This document shows, in pieces, positions 25,618 through 37,335 of a stretch of DNA of 64,000 nt; within the stretch, counting starts at the first letter, position 1; the number at the start of each line of letters is the position of its first letter. The notes beneath the pieces are model-generated. The model was not told the origin of the DNA. It saw only the letters and a program-made list of their open reading frames with translations, and searched no databases. The stretch is from Marsupella aquatica (taxonomy: Eukaryota; Plantae; Marchantiophyta): NCBI GenBank assembly GCA_973895155.1, contig OZ316891.1, forward strand, positions 30,075,012 through 30,139,011, in the 5' to 3' direction. The position numbers were made by a program, and so were the translations under genes.

Positions 25618-27252
25618 CAATGACATCTTTTATTATCGACTTCTTTTCCAACCTACATCTTGATGGCTGATGATAAGAATTATATAACAAATGTTGTCAA
25701 AAATTTAAATCTCAGCTAAGATTTTCCCTTCAAGTGCTAGCAACGTGCACTTAATGGTCGTTCCTTCTGCTAAGTTTTCAATAAGGGAAATGAACAAAAA
25801 CGTTTTAATTTGCACTTGGGCAATTTCCGCCCCTCTTCATTTGAGTCCTAGTTGGCTGGCCCACTCTCTCGAGTGTTTCAAGGGTGGGAGAGAGTATCGG
25901 TAACTAACTACAAAAAACAGTAAGATAGACAGTAATCAGTGATTTTCCTAAGATGATTTCACTTAAATATGCTGATTTTCCTAAGCTGACCTTAGCGGCA
26001 CTTAACCATAAGTTTTACTCCAGTTAACTTATTTAACCACTTTCTATCTTGGGGGGAGTACTAACAAGTTGTTAACCCTTCTACCCTCTGTCAACAATGT
26101 TATAATGGATAGGGCAATTGTAGAAGAACCCTATGTACACCCTAACCTAAACCACTTGTAGAAGAACCCCATTTAACCCTAAACCTACCCCTTTCCCCTT
26201 AGTTACCACATCAACCAACTTTTGTAATTTTTGGCATCAAACCAATTTTTAGTTTTGGTAGAGCCCAATTGGTAGAAAAATGGCCGGAAAACTAAAGCTC
26301 ATGTTACTAAGAAATCCCAACTAGACCCACATACTGGTTCCCCAAATTGCGCAGTTAGAACTACCAAATTCTAAAGAAAAATGAACAAGTATGTAATGAA
26401 GGGTTTAGGGTCCATTTTCAATGCATGAGATCCATGTGCTTTCTCATGTAGAAAGAATGGAGGTTTGGTCATTTAGTACTCATTCTGTAAGGTTTAGTCT
26501 TGGATATGGTTGACATGCATAATTAATTACCTTTGGATGCTCAGGGCTTATCAATTGTGAGTGAATCTTTCCTGAATGAGTCATGTTTTAAGTTTTTCCA
26601 TGACAAGGTACCTCAATGCATTGGGACAAGTCATGGTTTGGGTTTTGCCATCATAAAGTATACGGATGCATGTGGGCTAGTTATGGTTTAAGTTTTGACA
26701 TCACAAGGGTACCCACACATTTGGGACATGCAAGTCATAATTTAAATTTGTCATTACAAAGTATCCAATATAGGCAACCTAAGAGTAATTTTTTAAGGGG
26801 TTAAGGGTTGGTCTAAGTTAGTGAAGGTACGTAGAGGCATTACTACATGCCACCAAACTACAGGTCTAGTTCTGCTATATTGGCACACTCAACAAGTTTG
26901 GTTTAAATTTTTCCAATATGGGTTATACTAACCAATGATAGTAAATCAATGAAGGTTACCTTATGACAACACTAATAGTAAACCAATGATGTGTATTATT
27001 GAAGTTTCTAAATTCTATGAGTAAACCAATGATGTTTATTATTGAAGTTTCTAAATTCTATGAATCGCTTGGAGTCAATTCATTTGATAGTGTTTGGAAA
27101 CCCGAAGCATAAGCCCCCCACCCCCTGAAGATGTAATTAACCCCCCACCCTTGACACATAACCCCCTAAACCCCCTTTAGTGACCCCACCCCTTTGAGAC
27201 CTAACGGCCCACCCTTCACTTATAAACCCCCTTTAGTGGTTTCTATTAGTGA

Positions 27253-27378
27253 AAATTGAAGCTTTGGTTAAAGATTATGGATTTTTAGTGTTTGTAGGTA
27301 AGTGTGAACATGAGAGATTTGGCAAACCCCTCTTATTACAAGGGGAACATACAAATCCTCTAAGATTGTCTTTTTTGG
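27253..27378. repeat. Left arm of a diverged inverted repeat flanking the Fpg/Nei-like gene
   Basis: TAGTGTTTGTAGGT...TGAACA...AGATTTGGCAAAC...TATTACAAGGGGAACATACAAATCCTCTAAG is the reverse complement of 29618-29737 (and of 33554-33695). Confidence 0.8.
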
Positions 27379-27834
27379 AAGCTCATATGGTATTGGAGTG
27401 ATTTTCAAGCTAGTTGTGAGGTCCAAGTGATCCTCAAGTGCCATTGCCTAGCACTTGTAAGGTTGTATGAGGACCCTTCTATATATACCAATATGCACAA
27501 CACTATTACATTTGCCACTCCAACAACATTTAATCCCGCATTTAATTTCTGGTCATTGGACCCTAAACTGTCCACTTGCTTCAACATTTAAAATCTAATG
27601 ATTGTGCACTCTATTGGCCCCAACCTCAAGTTCATTTGAAAGGTATGGATGAGCACTTTGATTCTATGTTAGTGGTACTCAATAATAAATTCATTTGATT
27701 GACATCCATGACCACTGATTTCAAACATTGCACATTTTTAATTTAGTCACTGATTTCTTCTCACCCAACTCTTTGCGGTTTTGTATGTGATCCCAAGATA
27801 AAAATTTTGATGTAAAATTTCTTTTGATTTCAGG

Positions 27835-29232
27835 ATGCCAGAAGCTATAACTTACTATGACATGGCTCGACGAATTGCTACAGCAATTCCTATTGAGGCA
27901 AGTTTTAGGATTATTGTGCATCTGTTCAATTTTGGTAAAGGCTCGTTGAAGTGTTTTGACTTTTGGCAAAGCCATCAACACAATATTGTGAACATTGATG
28001 GCAAAAAAGTTTGTCATCACGGCAAGATGTTGTTGTTTCCAATCATGCATGTGAACGATGACTATTCAATTTGGGTGAAGATTACATTGAGCTTACATGG
28101 GCAAGTTGTTATTGTCAAAGCTATAGAGGCTCAACAACTCAGTAATCCAACCAAACCAAATCCGCCTTATGCTCTGTTATTATTTCAAAACATGGATTCA
28201 TCTGGTCAATCAATTGCTCTTGTGGATCGAAATCGACTTGCATGTGCTGAATTTATCTCCACTCAGTCACACCTTGATCCAAGAAATTTTCAGATGAAAT
28301 CTGATGATTGTGATGAGTGGATTGTACGAGGTTATTGTACAATGACTCAATACAAGCAATGGCGCCATTTCATTATTGGAAACACTACAAAATGGAGTAA
28401 CCTCTCAAAATCAAGTAACACAAGCATCTTTGCCTTTATGATTGACAATCAGAATTACTTTGAGGGTATTGGCACTTCTCATTGCTCAGAGATATTGCAC
28501 ATTGCCAGAGAACATCCAGCTACATTAGCACGAGTCATAATGCAATCACACAAACGATTGAGCAAACTTTGTGATGCTGTAAAGACATTCTATGATAAGG
28601 CTTACTCTCAAGAATATCTTCAACATGTTCCTGCCCGAAGTTCTGGTTCAGCTTTTTATGAGTCACCGGCAACATCTTTGTACATCAACACCCGGTTTCA
28701 TAAAGTCTATGGAAAAACAAATACTGGGGTGCTCATTCCAGTTAAAGTTTATGATAGCATGGTAAGCAAACATCAACTTGATCCATGCTACCAATTGTCT
28801 ACCACAAAGGTAGGCAATCGTCTTGTTCACCTCACACAAAGAAAAAGGGTGAAAGTGTATGCAATCTACATACGCGCCAATCGGGGCATAGTTTATACTT
28901 GCATTTATCTTCCACATCCATATTCTGACAATCCTGAGATTGTGAAGGGCAATGTCGAGAGACCACTAGTGGTTCCTGATGAAAAAGCAGTTTGCAAAGG
29001 ATTTGGCCAAACTAGACGAGCAGAGATTGGTATTGCTTCTTTCATGGATACTAAGCAAATTGAAGAGCAAGAGTGTCATTCTACATATAGACGTTATCCA
29101 CTACGTACTGGTGCTGTTGGTCGTCCTCGACTTACCAAACGTTTATATTCAGTTCAAAACATCACTATAAAAAAGGCTTCCAAATCTATTAGGCTTGGAC
29201 AGGTACCCAATGAGTATATTAGAGAGACTTAG
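27835..29232 (+). CDS. Fpg/Nei (MutM/NEIL)-family DNA glycosylase/AP-lyase-like protein, 465 aa, intronless
   Basis: N-terminal M-P-E; HHGKMLLF (cf. RxGKxL); TLSLHG (cf. HLGMxG); LVDRNRLA (cf. FxDxRxFG); H2TH motif FMIDNQNYFEGIGTSHCSEILHIAREHP (cf. LLDQ..IAGIGNIYADE.L..A.IHP); KVYGK. A TTTCAG acceptor lies immediately before the ATG. Confidence 0.85.
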   Translation: MPEAITYYDMARRIATAIPIEASFRIIVHLFNFGKGSLKCFDFWQSHQHNIVNIDGKKVCHHGKMLLFPIMHVNDDYSIWVKITLSLHGQVVIVKAIEAQQLSNPTKPNPPYALLLFQNMDSSGQSIALVDRNRLACAEFISTQSHLDPRNFQMKSDDCDEWIVRGYCTMTQYKQWRHFIIGNTTKWSNLSKSSNTSIFAFMIDNQNYFEGIGTSHCSEILHIAREHPATLARVIMQSHKRLSKLCDAVKTFYDKAYSQEYLQHVPARSSGSAFYESPATSLYINTRFHKVYGKTNTGVLIPVKVYDSMVSKHQLDPCYQLSTTKVGNRLVHLTQRKRVKVYAIYIRANRGIVYTCIYLPHPYSDNPEIVKGNVERPLVVPDEKAVCKGFGQTRRAEIGIASFMDTKQIEEQECHSTYRRYPLRTGAVGRPRLTKRLYSVQNITIKKASKSIRLGQVPNEYIRET

Positions 29233-29534
29233 ATTAGATTAATTTGTTTTGCCAAGGAGTTACAAAGTACATGCCCTATCCATTTGCAAATTTATGCGTT
29301 GTTGTCATAACCAGGTTTCCTTGTCAATTTTCCTTTTGAGGTTTTGGAGGCCTGTCATTTAATACTGCATATAACTCCATGCCAAATGTACAAATTAAGG
29401 TGCATTGTGAACTGGCTATAAATAGGATAGCCAACATTGTGTATTTTAACTAGCACATGTCAATCTAGCAAATGTACCATTCCTTATATACCCTACTATA
29501 CAAATTATGGGCACCCCAAGGAAAAACTGCCATA

Positions 29535-29737
29535 TCCCCCTGTGGTAAATCAAATTTATCCTACCTTATCTAGGGCTTTTACCTAGTTTAATGTTGGTCT
29601 TCTGCAATCCTACTTACAACAAAAACAACCTTAGAGGATTTGTATGTTCTCCTTGTAATATTTGTTGTTTGCCAAATCTTGTGTGTTCATGTGGGGTTTA
29701 ACCCTAAACCTACAAACACTAGAACTGCCTATAATTT
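29535..29737. repeat. 203-bp direct repeat, left copy (flanks LINE)
   Basis: Matches 33471-33673 with one mismatch seen (TTTGTTGTTT vs TTTGCTGTTT). Confidence 0.92.
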
Positions 29738-29748
29738 CCTTGGAATGG

Positions 29749-32700
29749 TTTTTTTTATAAAGTTTAATACCGTGAAAGACCCCACGGATAGGGGGAACAA
29801 TAGCCCTTAATACAGGGACAGCAACAGCACACTAGCGAGCCACAAAGAGAGCCCAAAAGCACAAAAGAGAGCATCAAAGCCCCAGGGAGAGCCCCCCCTC
29901 AAAGAAGGGAAATAACACCGATCAAGAGAGCACCCATGCCCTTCCCACAGCAGCCCCCCAAAAAGCAGACCCCTCAATCAGCAACGCCGCCGCTAGAGGG
30001 CACCAAGAGAATCCTGTCCCCACCCCGTCTCAACCAGATTTGCCTCGTTCCCCGCAACCATTCCTGAGCCCGGTTCAACCGAGAGCGACGCCGCCCAAAG
30101 CGTAAACCAGCCCCAACCGCATGGATGTGATTGGCAGTCTCAGCAAGCAGCAGGCCCAAGTCAAATGAACGTCCCACCTTGTCAGAGAACATATGTTCAT
30201 TTCTTCCCAGCCAAATCATCCAGAGAGTCTGATATACACAAAAGATCCTAGCAGTGTGAATAGGCTCCGGTCCTGTCGATGCATCAAGAATAGCCAGCAG
30301 ACCACCTCCAATGGGTAAGCAAAGCTCCGTCAAAATCCTGTCACACATCCTCCAGCAACATGAGGCATGGGAACATTCAATGAACAAATGTTACATCGTC
30401 TCCAAGACCCCACAGCAAAGCTTGCAATTCCCAGTACCAGCCTGGATACGGAGGGCCCGTTGACCAGTAAACAATCCACCAACCAGGATCCGCCAGATAA
30501 AGGTTTTTGCCCTGCAGGAGAGGTCAGAAATCCACAGCTTCTTCCATCCAATGCACCATTCAATTTCCGACCGGTGTGAGGACCAGCACCTATTAAGCAG
30601 CACATGAAGGCTCATCTTGGGTCTCAAGAACTGGTAGACCCTGCAGTTGGTGATCTGAAAGTCCTTGAGAGGTTCTGCCCTGTCAGACCAGCGCCACTGT
30701 CTGGCCGGAGGATCCCTGTCCCACCTGCAGGCAGTTGACTCCCAAATTCTCCCTAGGAACGCTCTAGCCAGCCCTCTGTGCTCCCCCGTGAATCCTCGCA
30801 GCACCTGCCCCCTAAGCGGAAGGTCTTTCCAGCCCCCTGTCTCCACCGACCATCCGTCCTGAATTGATCTCATTCCCAAGCGTCCACAAATAGCAGTGAC
30901 TCCTACAATATCCACATTTGGCAATGAATTGAAATCTACCATACATCTAATTGCATCGTTAATGCTCCAGCGTCCAGGGGCACCATATCTCCCAGGACAA
31001 AAAGCCAGATGGGCACGCAGCTCCTCCCAAGCCTTCCATAGACCACTTGTATACCTGAGACCACCGGCTGCCCTAGGAGTACAGAGCAGAAGCCTATCCT
31101 TGAACGTGTAATTGTTTCTTCTGATCACCTTGTAATTCAACCATCCCATTAAAGATAAGTTGGCTGCCAGCATCTTTGACCATTCCCTGTCTGGATACTC
31201 TAGGGCCTTAGTGAACCATTGTGATAATAATGCATTGGAGTGGCTTCTGAAGTCCTTGAATCCCAGGCCGCCCTCTATTTTTGGAAGTGTCATCTTGTCC
31301 CATGCCACCAGCGGAATTTTCTTCCCACCTGCAGGATTATATCCCCACAGAAAATCTCTACTGAGGGCAATGAGTTTCTTGGCCAGACCCGCTGAAGCCT
31401 TGAGGTGCATCACATGGTAGATTGGGATGGCCTGGAGCACGTGTTTGACCAATAAGGTTCGACCTGTGAAAGAGAGGAGCTTATTTGTCCAGGATGACAG
31501 TCGTGAGCTGATTTTATCTAGGCAGAATCTGTGCAGTTGCTCAGTCTTCAACCCGGCCCCCAAGGGAGCGCCCAGATATTTCTGAACCTCCCCCATTGCA
31601 CTCACTTGACAGCCAGAGTACAGCAGCCAATCCGGGATGACCTCAATTGCCAAGGGAATCACCACAGATTTTCGTAGGTTCAGCTTTGCTCCAGAACCCA
31701 TTTCATAACATGCAAGTGCAGTTTGTGCCTGGGTGAAAGCTTCCTCCGTGGCAGGAATGAACATTCCAACATCATCTGCGAATAATCTGTAGCATATTGT
31801 GAGTGTGTCCGTGATTGACAGTCCACTAAGTCTCCCAGCCTCCATCTCCGTAGCTAAGAAGTCCATCAGCGGTTGTGTCGAGATGACAAAAAGTAGGGGC
31901 GACAAGGGGCAGCCCTGTCTCACCCCCCTCTTAAGCTCAATCATACCCGTCGCAAAACCATTGACCATTGCCTTCGAGAAAGATCCAGCCAACAGAGCCC
32001 GTACCAGTGTGATAAAGTGGCCACTTATTCCCAGTAAGTGCATTGTGTCCCATATGTATTCGTGATTCACCCTGTCAAAGGCCTTTTCGAAATCCAACTT
32101 CAAGAAAAGTGCCTTCGTCTTCTTGTGCTGTATCCAGTCACATGCGAGCCAGGCCAGTGAGATGTTTTCCAGAATGTGGCGCCCCTGTATAAATCCGGTC
32201 TGTTGGGGGCTGATTATCTTGTTCATGATTTCTTGTAACCGCAATGCCAGGATCTTAGCAATGACTTTGTACGTTGTGTTCAACATTGTAAGGGGACGCC
32301 AGTCCTTCAGTGATCTCTTATCAGGCTTCTTCGGAATGAGCTTTATTATCCCTTCTTTTAACGCACTATCAATCTCTCCTGTCATCCAGAATTCTTGTAT
32401 CATTTCCACCAAGTCCTGTCCCAGAAACTCCCAGCATGCACGCAGTACTTCTGCCATTAAGCCGTCTGGGCCAGGCGATTTGTCTCCTGGTAGCATCCAA
32501 AGCACTTCCTTCACCTCTTTAGTTGTCGGGAGAGCTTCCAATTTCATTCTCTCTGCCGCTGTAAGCGCAAATTTTGTGTGTTGCAGTAGACGTCTCCTCT
32601 CTTGTCGTCGTTCTTGTGTCTCCCTTTGTGAGGGTTCCTGTGGTGCATAAAGTGCTTGACACATTTTCTCCACTTCAAGCACAATGCTTGCCGCCTCTGT

Positions 32701-33470
32701 TATCTCCGTCCCATCCTCTTTGAGAATCAGGTTCATGGTTTCTCGGGCGCGTTTAGCCTTTACTATCGCATAGAAGAACTTTGTTGATTCGTCTCCTTCT
32801 CCCAGCCATTTAATCCTTGCAAGTCTCCGTCCCTTATTAGCCACTTCCAACTCGGTTGCATGCAGTGTGTCTTCCGTTTCCGTGTATTCCTTGATTTCAT
32901 CCTCTGTGTGTTCCTCCAGAATGGATGCTTTCAGTGCTCTCATTCTCGCTCTAAGAAACTCCATCTCAACCTCTGCCAGCCTTGGTCTTGCTTGTAACTC
33001 CATGTATTTTTGCCTAAAATTGGAGCACGCTTTTGAAAATCGCAGCACAGGGTTTGCAAATTCCCTCCTTCCTTCCCTCCAGGCTCCTTCTAGAAGCGCC
33101 AGGTCCTCCTTGTTGCTTAGAAGCGCTGGATTGGCCATGAATAGTCTCACCTTACCTCGCTCCACCTTCTGACCTGCATCTCTGAACCTCCCTTTCAGTA
33201 TCACCGGGTCATGGTCTGATAACGCTGATCCTCCTTCATGCACCAGCTCTACTCTCTCCTCTAACCACCATCCCTTCTCGCTAATGTAGAACCATTAATC
33301 CCCTTCTCATCCTTCTCCATGTGAATTGGGCACCCGTAGCGCCCCCGGTGATCTCCCACGCATCTACCAGGTCAAAGCGCGTTTTTAAGAAGCGCCAGAA
33401 TTCCGCTTCTCTTCCGCCGATCAGAGGTGATCTCCCGGATGAGTCCGCTCTTCTTTCTGTCATGTTGAAG
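29749..33470 (-). mobile_element. 5'-truncated L1-clade LINE with ORF2 (partial APE endonuclease, RT, Zn knuckle), inactive
   Basis: Motifs GDFN, SDHDPV, KSPGPDG, WRPLTMLNTTYK, LDFEKAFDRV, GVRQGCPLSP, FADD, YLG and C-terminal CKLC...ET*HLFIEC. Short poly(A) at 29749-29756. Frameshifting deletion near 33290 (LDR motif lost) and premature TAA at 30391. Confidence 0.95.
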
Positions 33471-33673
33471 TCCCCCTGTGGTAAATCAAATTTATCCTAC
33501 CTTATCTAGGGCTTTTACCTAGTTTAATGTTGGTCTTCTGCAATCCTACTTACAACAAAAACAACCTTAGAGGATTTGTATGTTCTCCTTGTAATATTTG
33601 CTGTTTGCCAAATCTTGTGTGTTCATGTGGGGTTTAACCCTAAACCTACAAACACTAGAACTGCCTATAATTT
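33471..33673. repeat. 203-bp direct repeat, right copy (flanks LINE)
   Basis: Matches 29535-29737; its first bases TCCCCC overlap the LINE GGD codons (microhomology). Confidence 0.92.
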
Positions 33674-35529
33674 GAAACCAGAACATCAATTTTGGTCTTC
33701 CAAACAGTGTCAATGAGTTATAAAATAATGGGCAATGATGCATGACTTGGATGTTTGCATGTCATGCATCATGTCATTCTACAAAATGAATTTGCACACA
33801 AAAGAAGTCAATGATTGTCTAGTAAAACAAATATTATCTGCATTATTTAGTTTTCCCTCCCTGTAGTGTTTCCTACTTGTTAAATTCCTACATTTGAAGT
33901 GGCGGATATTCCCTATTGATCATGTAATGTGGGATGTTCACTTTACACACTTTGTGCTTTTCCCTACTTTAGTGTTAGCCTGGGTGTTAGCATGTTAGGT
34001 AAAGGGTCCCTAATTAAGTGGGGCTTTTACCAACATGGGAGTGTGTCCAATCTGCCTTGTGTGCACCTTATCACCAAGAGTCTCAAATATTCTTGGACAA
34101 CATGTGACTGTAAAGCAATGTTTACTCATTTTCCCCATTTTGTAATTAAATGGACCATCAAAGGGATTTGACAGGATCCCTTATTATGGTTTTATATATA
34201 GATTTCTAGTGACCTAGCCTCATTGCCCAATCATATAATTGGACCAAGCTAGATCGAGAAGTAGTATACTCGATCACTGAACAGTTCAAGGTCAAACTAT
34301 TGGGCACAGCAAAGTACTAAGGTAAGTATAGAAAATAAATAAGCTATATCCAAAAGGGGAAAACTACTTGAGTAATCTACTAACTTCTAAGTTGGATTTA
34401 GGATTAACGCCCCAAACCAATATATCTGTCTACAAAATGGGGATGGAGCAAACTCCCTTCCACACTGCTATGTCACTGCTGATCCCCCCCCCCCCCCCTA
34501 CTCGGGCCCCTACTGCTATAAATTTTGAGAACTAAGTATATTCAAGAGTATATTACCAAATGTACAGAGATTCCATGAAGGTGAGATAGTTCTTGGGACC
34601 TGAAAATTGGATGGCCGCCATCCATTTCCTTATGGAAAAATTCCACAAGCACAACCAATGAGAGGGTGTATATCATTTTCTGTGAATGAGATGGCTTAAG
34701 TTTGCAATTTGTAATCTAAAGTTTTAAGGAATCAAAAGGATTCTGGATCACAGCTTACATTTATTTGCTGCACATAAAGCCATCTTTGTCCAAGTCAACC
34801 AATCACATGTAAGTGAATAAAATATATACCAGGTGATTTTCAACCAATCCACAACGCTAGCTGCATGCATTCAAAGGCTTGAAGCAGGATGTTGCAACTG
34901 ATGGCAAAATTGTTCCTTTATATATATATATATATAGCTAATAATACCAAAAACAAACATGAGAGTAATTAAGTTGTGCTTGTAGTATATGGCATTTAAC
35001 CTCAACTTTGACACGTTTGTATTCAACACAACGTACTGACTGTTTGGATTTCAGCATTCTTGGTTTAAAATACCTTCTATTTTATCAATGGTACCCAACT
35101 TACTAAATGCAGTAGTGTATGATATATAAGTATATCACTTGTATTAATACACTGCCCGTGGGATACCTAGGCAGCAAAACATTCCTTGTTGCAGCAAAAC
35201 ATTCCCTTATTGCCGTACAATTAGCCTGCCTTTACTGCTCTGCTCAGGGTGTATTTTGTTGGGGCACGAATAATTTGAACTCTATTGGCGCCAGCCTCGG
35301 GAAGTAAATTAGAATAACCTGAACTCTGTTGGCGCCAGCCTTGGAAAGTAAATTAGGTTTTTAAAGCTTATGCGTGTCATATGCGCCCCCTGCCCTTGAC
35401 AAGCAGCAGCCCAGTATCACTTCTACACTGCTGTACTGGCTCGAAGTTCTCTCGTGCTTTAGCTTGTCTTCAAAGTGAACACCCTAATCCATACATAGAG
35501 CAAAGAGTCTGGTTCAGGTTTGGAGCAGA

Positions 35530-36190
35530 GCTATTGGAAGTGAGCAACTAACGTACTTAATCAAAGTTTACTTGGAGATTGAGAAGTAGACAAGATCGCA
35601 TTCGGACCTATTGCTACGTCGCAGTTGGAAGTGAGCTGTTAGAAATGAGCAACTAACGTACTTAATCGAAGTTTACTTGGAGATTGAGAAGTAGACCAGA
35701 TCGCGTTCGGACCTATTGCTACGTCGCTGCTGGAAGTGAGCTGAATTCGACCACCCCACCAAATCGAATTAGTCTACATGACGGCAGCCCAGTTCGTTTT
35801 GCTGATTGCTGGAAGTGAGCAGCGTTCGGACCTAGTTGCGTCGTTGCTTGGATTGAAGTGAGTTTAATTCGACCACCCCACCAAATTGAATTAGTTTACA
35901 TTACGGCAGCCCAGTTCGTTTTGCTGATTGCTAGAAGTGAGCAGCGTTCGGATCTAGTTGCTTGGTCGCTATTGGAAGTGAGCTTAATTCAACCACCCCA
36001 CTCATACCAAATTGAATTATTTTACATTACGGCAGCCCAGTTTGGGTTGCTTGTTTTGCTGATTGTCGGAAGTGAGCAGCAGTCGTACCTAGTTGCTTCG
36101 TTGCTATTGGAAGTGAGCTTAATTCGACCACCCCACCGAATTGAATTATAGTTTACGTTACGACAGCCCAGTCTGTTTTGATGATAGCTT
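35530..36190. repeat. Degenerate ~105-130 bp tandem repeats upstream of the SAM-domain gene
   Basis: Recurrent GGAAGTGAGC, AATTCGACCACCCCACC, ACGGCAGCCCAGTT and CGTTCGGACCTA modules; fainter copies continue to ~37300. Confidence 0.85.
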
Positions 36191-37335
36191 GAAGTGATCA
36201 GCATGGAATTCAAGTTAACTGCAAATCGGCAATAACAAACCTGTTACGTGGACGACTCGAAGCTCCTTCAAATGCCGTTATGAGTTTGTAATGCATATAG
36301 TAACATCGAGAGTAAAACATAGCTCAGTGGTTACGTGGATCTTATTGTTGTATGTGCTTGGATGGATGGGGAAATGAGTGGTCGTTGCATGAGTAGTTAC
36401 ACAAGGCTTACATTGCAGTACATAAGCTAATAGCCCAGTTTGTTTTTGCAGGTCTGGAGGTGATTATATTGTGACTGTTGGGAGTGAGTGCCCCACTGTA
36501 CAGCAGAGCGTGGCCCAGACAATAAGTACAGCAAAGTACAGCAAGCGTGGCCCAGTTTGTCTGCAGAGGAGGTGGTTAATTTCTGTAAGTTGAAAGTAAG
36601 TGCGCACTGAAATAGAAGTTTGCATACAAGAGCAGAGTAGTAACCAAATTAAGTACCCCAGTTTGTTCTTTGGAGCAAGTTCATTTGCAGTAGTTTGAAG
36701 TGAGCACATTCAAAATTAGTAGCAGGAGAAGTAACGAGGTTATTTTTGGAGGTGACATATTACTTGCTTTTGAAAATTGAGCACCATTTTTGGAGCTGAT
36801 TAACTACTGTTGGAGGTGAGGAATGTACCAAATTGAAAATTACATATTTAAGTGTAGATCAAGAAGTAGCTTGGCAGTTGAATTTTTAAACAAATTGACT
36901 TGCTGTTGGAAAGCACGGCCCCATTGCAACATAGAGCGCACAAGCAGCCCATTTCATTAATTAGAGGAGATGATCAACTGCTGTTGGAAGTGAGCATGGC
37001 ACTAAGTTGAAGTTTTTCCCACTGTGCAGAGCTAGAAGTAGCCAAAATAGCTGCCCAGTTTTGTTTGGAGCAAGTTGGCTTGTTGTTCATAGCACTGTGC
37101 TGAATTGAAGGACAAAGAGCAAAGATTGGCAGAGGCAGCCTGTTTGATTTGGAGCAAGTTCGATCTGATCGATCATCAAACTGAAATTTTCAGAGGAAAA
37201 AGTAGTCGTGTGCCTAGCTCAGATCTGAATTTAGTTTCACTGTAGAGAAGCAGCCCAGTGCTAAACCCAGACCTGCAAAGCAATCCGTTTTAGACTAGAA
37301 ATAGTAGCCAGTTTATTTTTCACATCCTCATTGTC

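Noticed and set aside
26140-27230. CCCTAAA/AACCCTA telomere-like motifs (also near 29700 and 39975)
   Set aside because: Isolated single or degenerate units with no tandem telomeric array.
27835-29232. Recent bacterial horizontal transfer or contamination as the source of the Fpg-like gene
   Set aside because: It is embedded in a TSD-bounded plant transposon, has AT-rich composition like its surroundings and a splice acceptor before the ATG, and lacks the bacterial zinc finger; origin cannot be assigned without a phylogeny.
30330-33509. Plus-strand and alternate-frame ORFs over the LINE (likewise those over the F-box genes)
   Set aside because: Shadow ORFs of real coding sequence with no independent motifs.
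29535-33673. 203-bp direct repeats read as LTRs of an LTR retrotransposon
   Set aside because: No TG..CA ends, PBS or PPT; the interior is an APE-RT LINE with poly(A); the repeat is part of the pre-existing inverted-repeat arm.
35277-35357. 44-bp duplication containing TTGGCGCC, resembling an E2F site
   Set aside because: A short motif match without a defined transcription start; not supportable as regulatory.
35530-36190. Repeat-spacer-like pattern around GGAAGTGAGC, superficially CRISPR-like
   Set aside because: The intervening sequences are themselves repeated and degenerate, there are no cas genes, and the context is eukaryotic; it is an ordinary tandem repeat.
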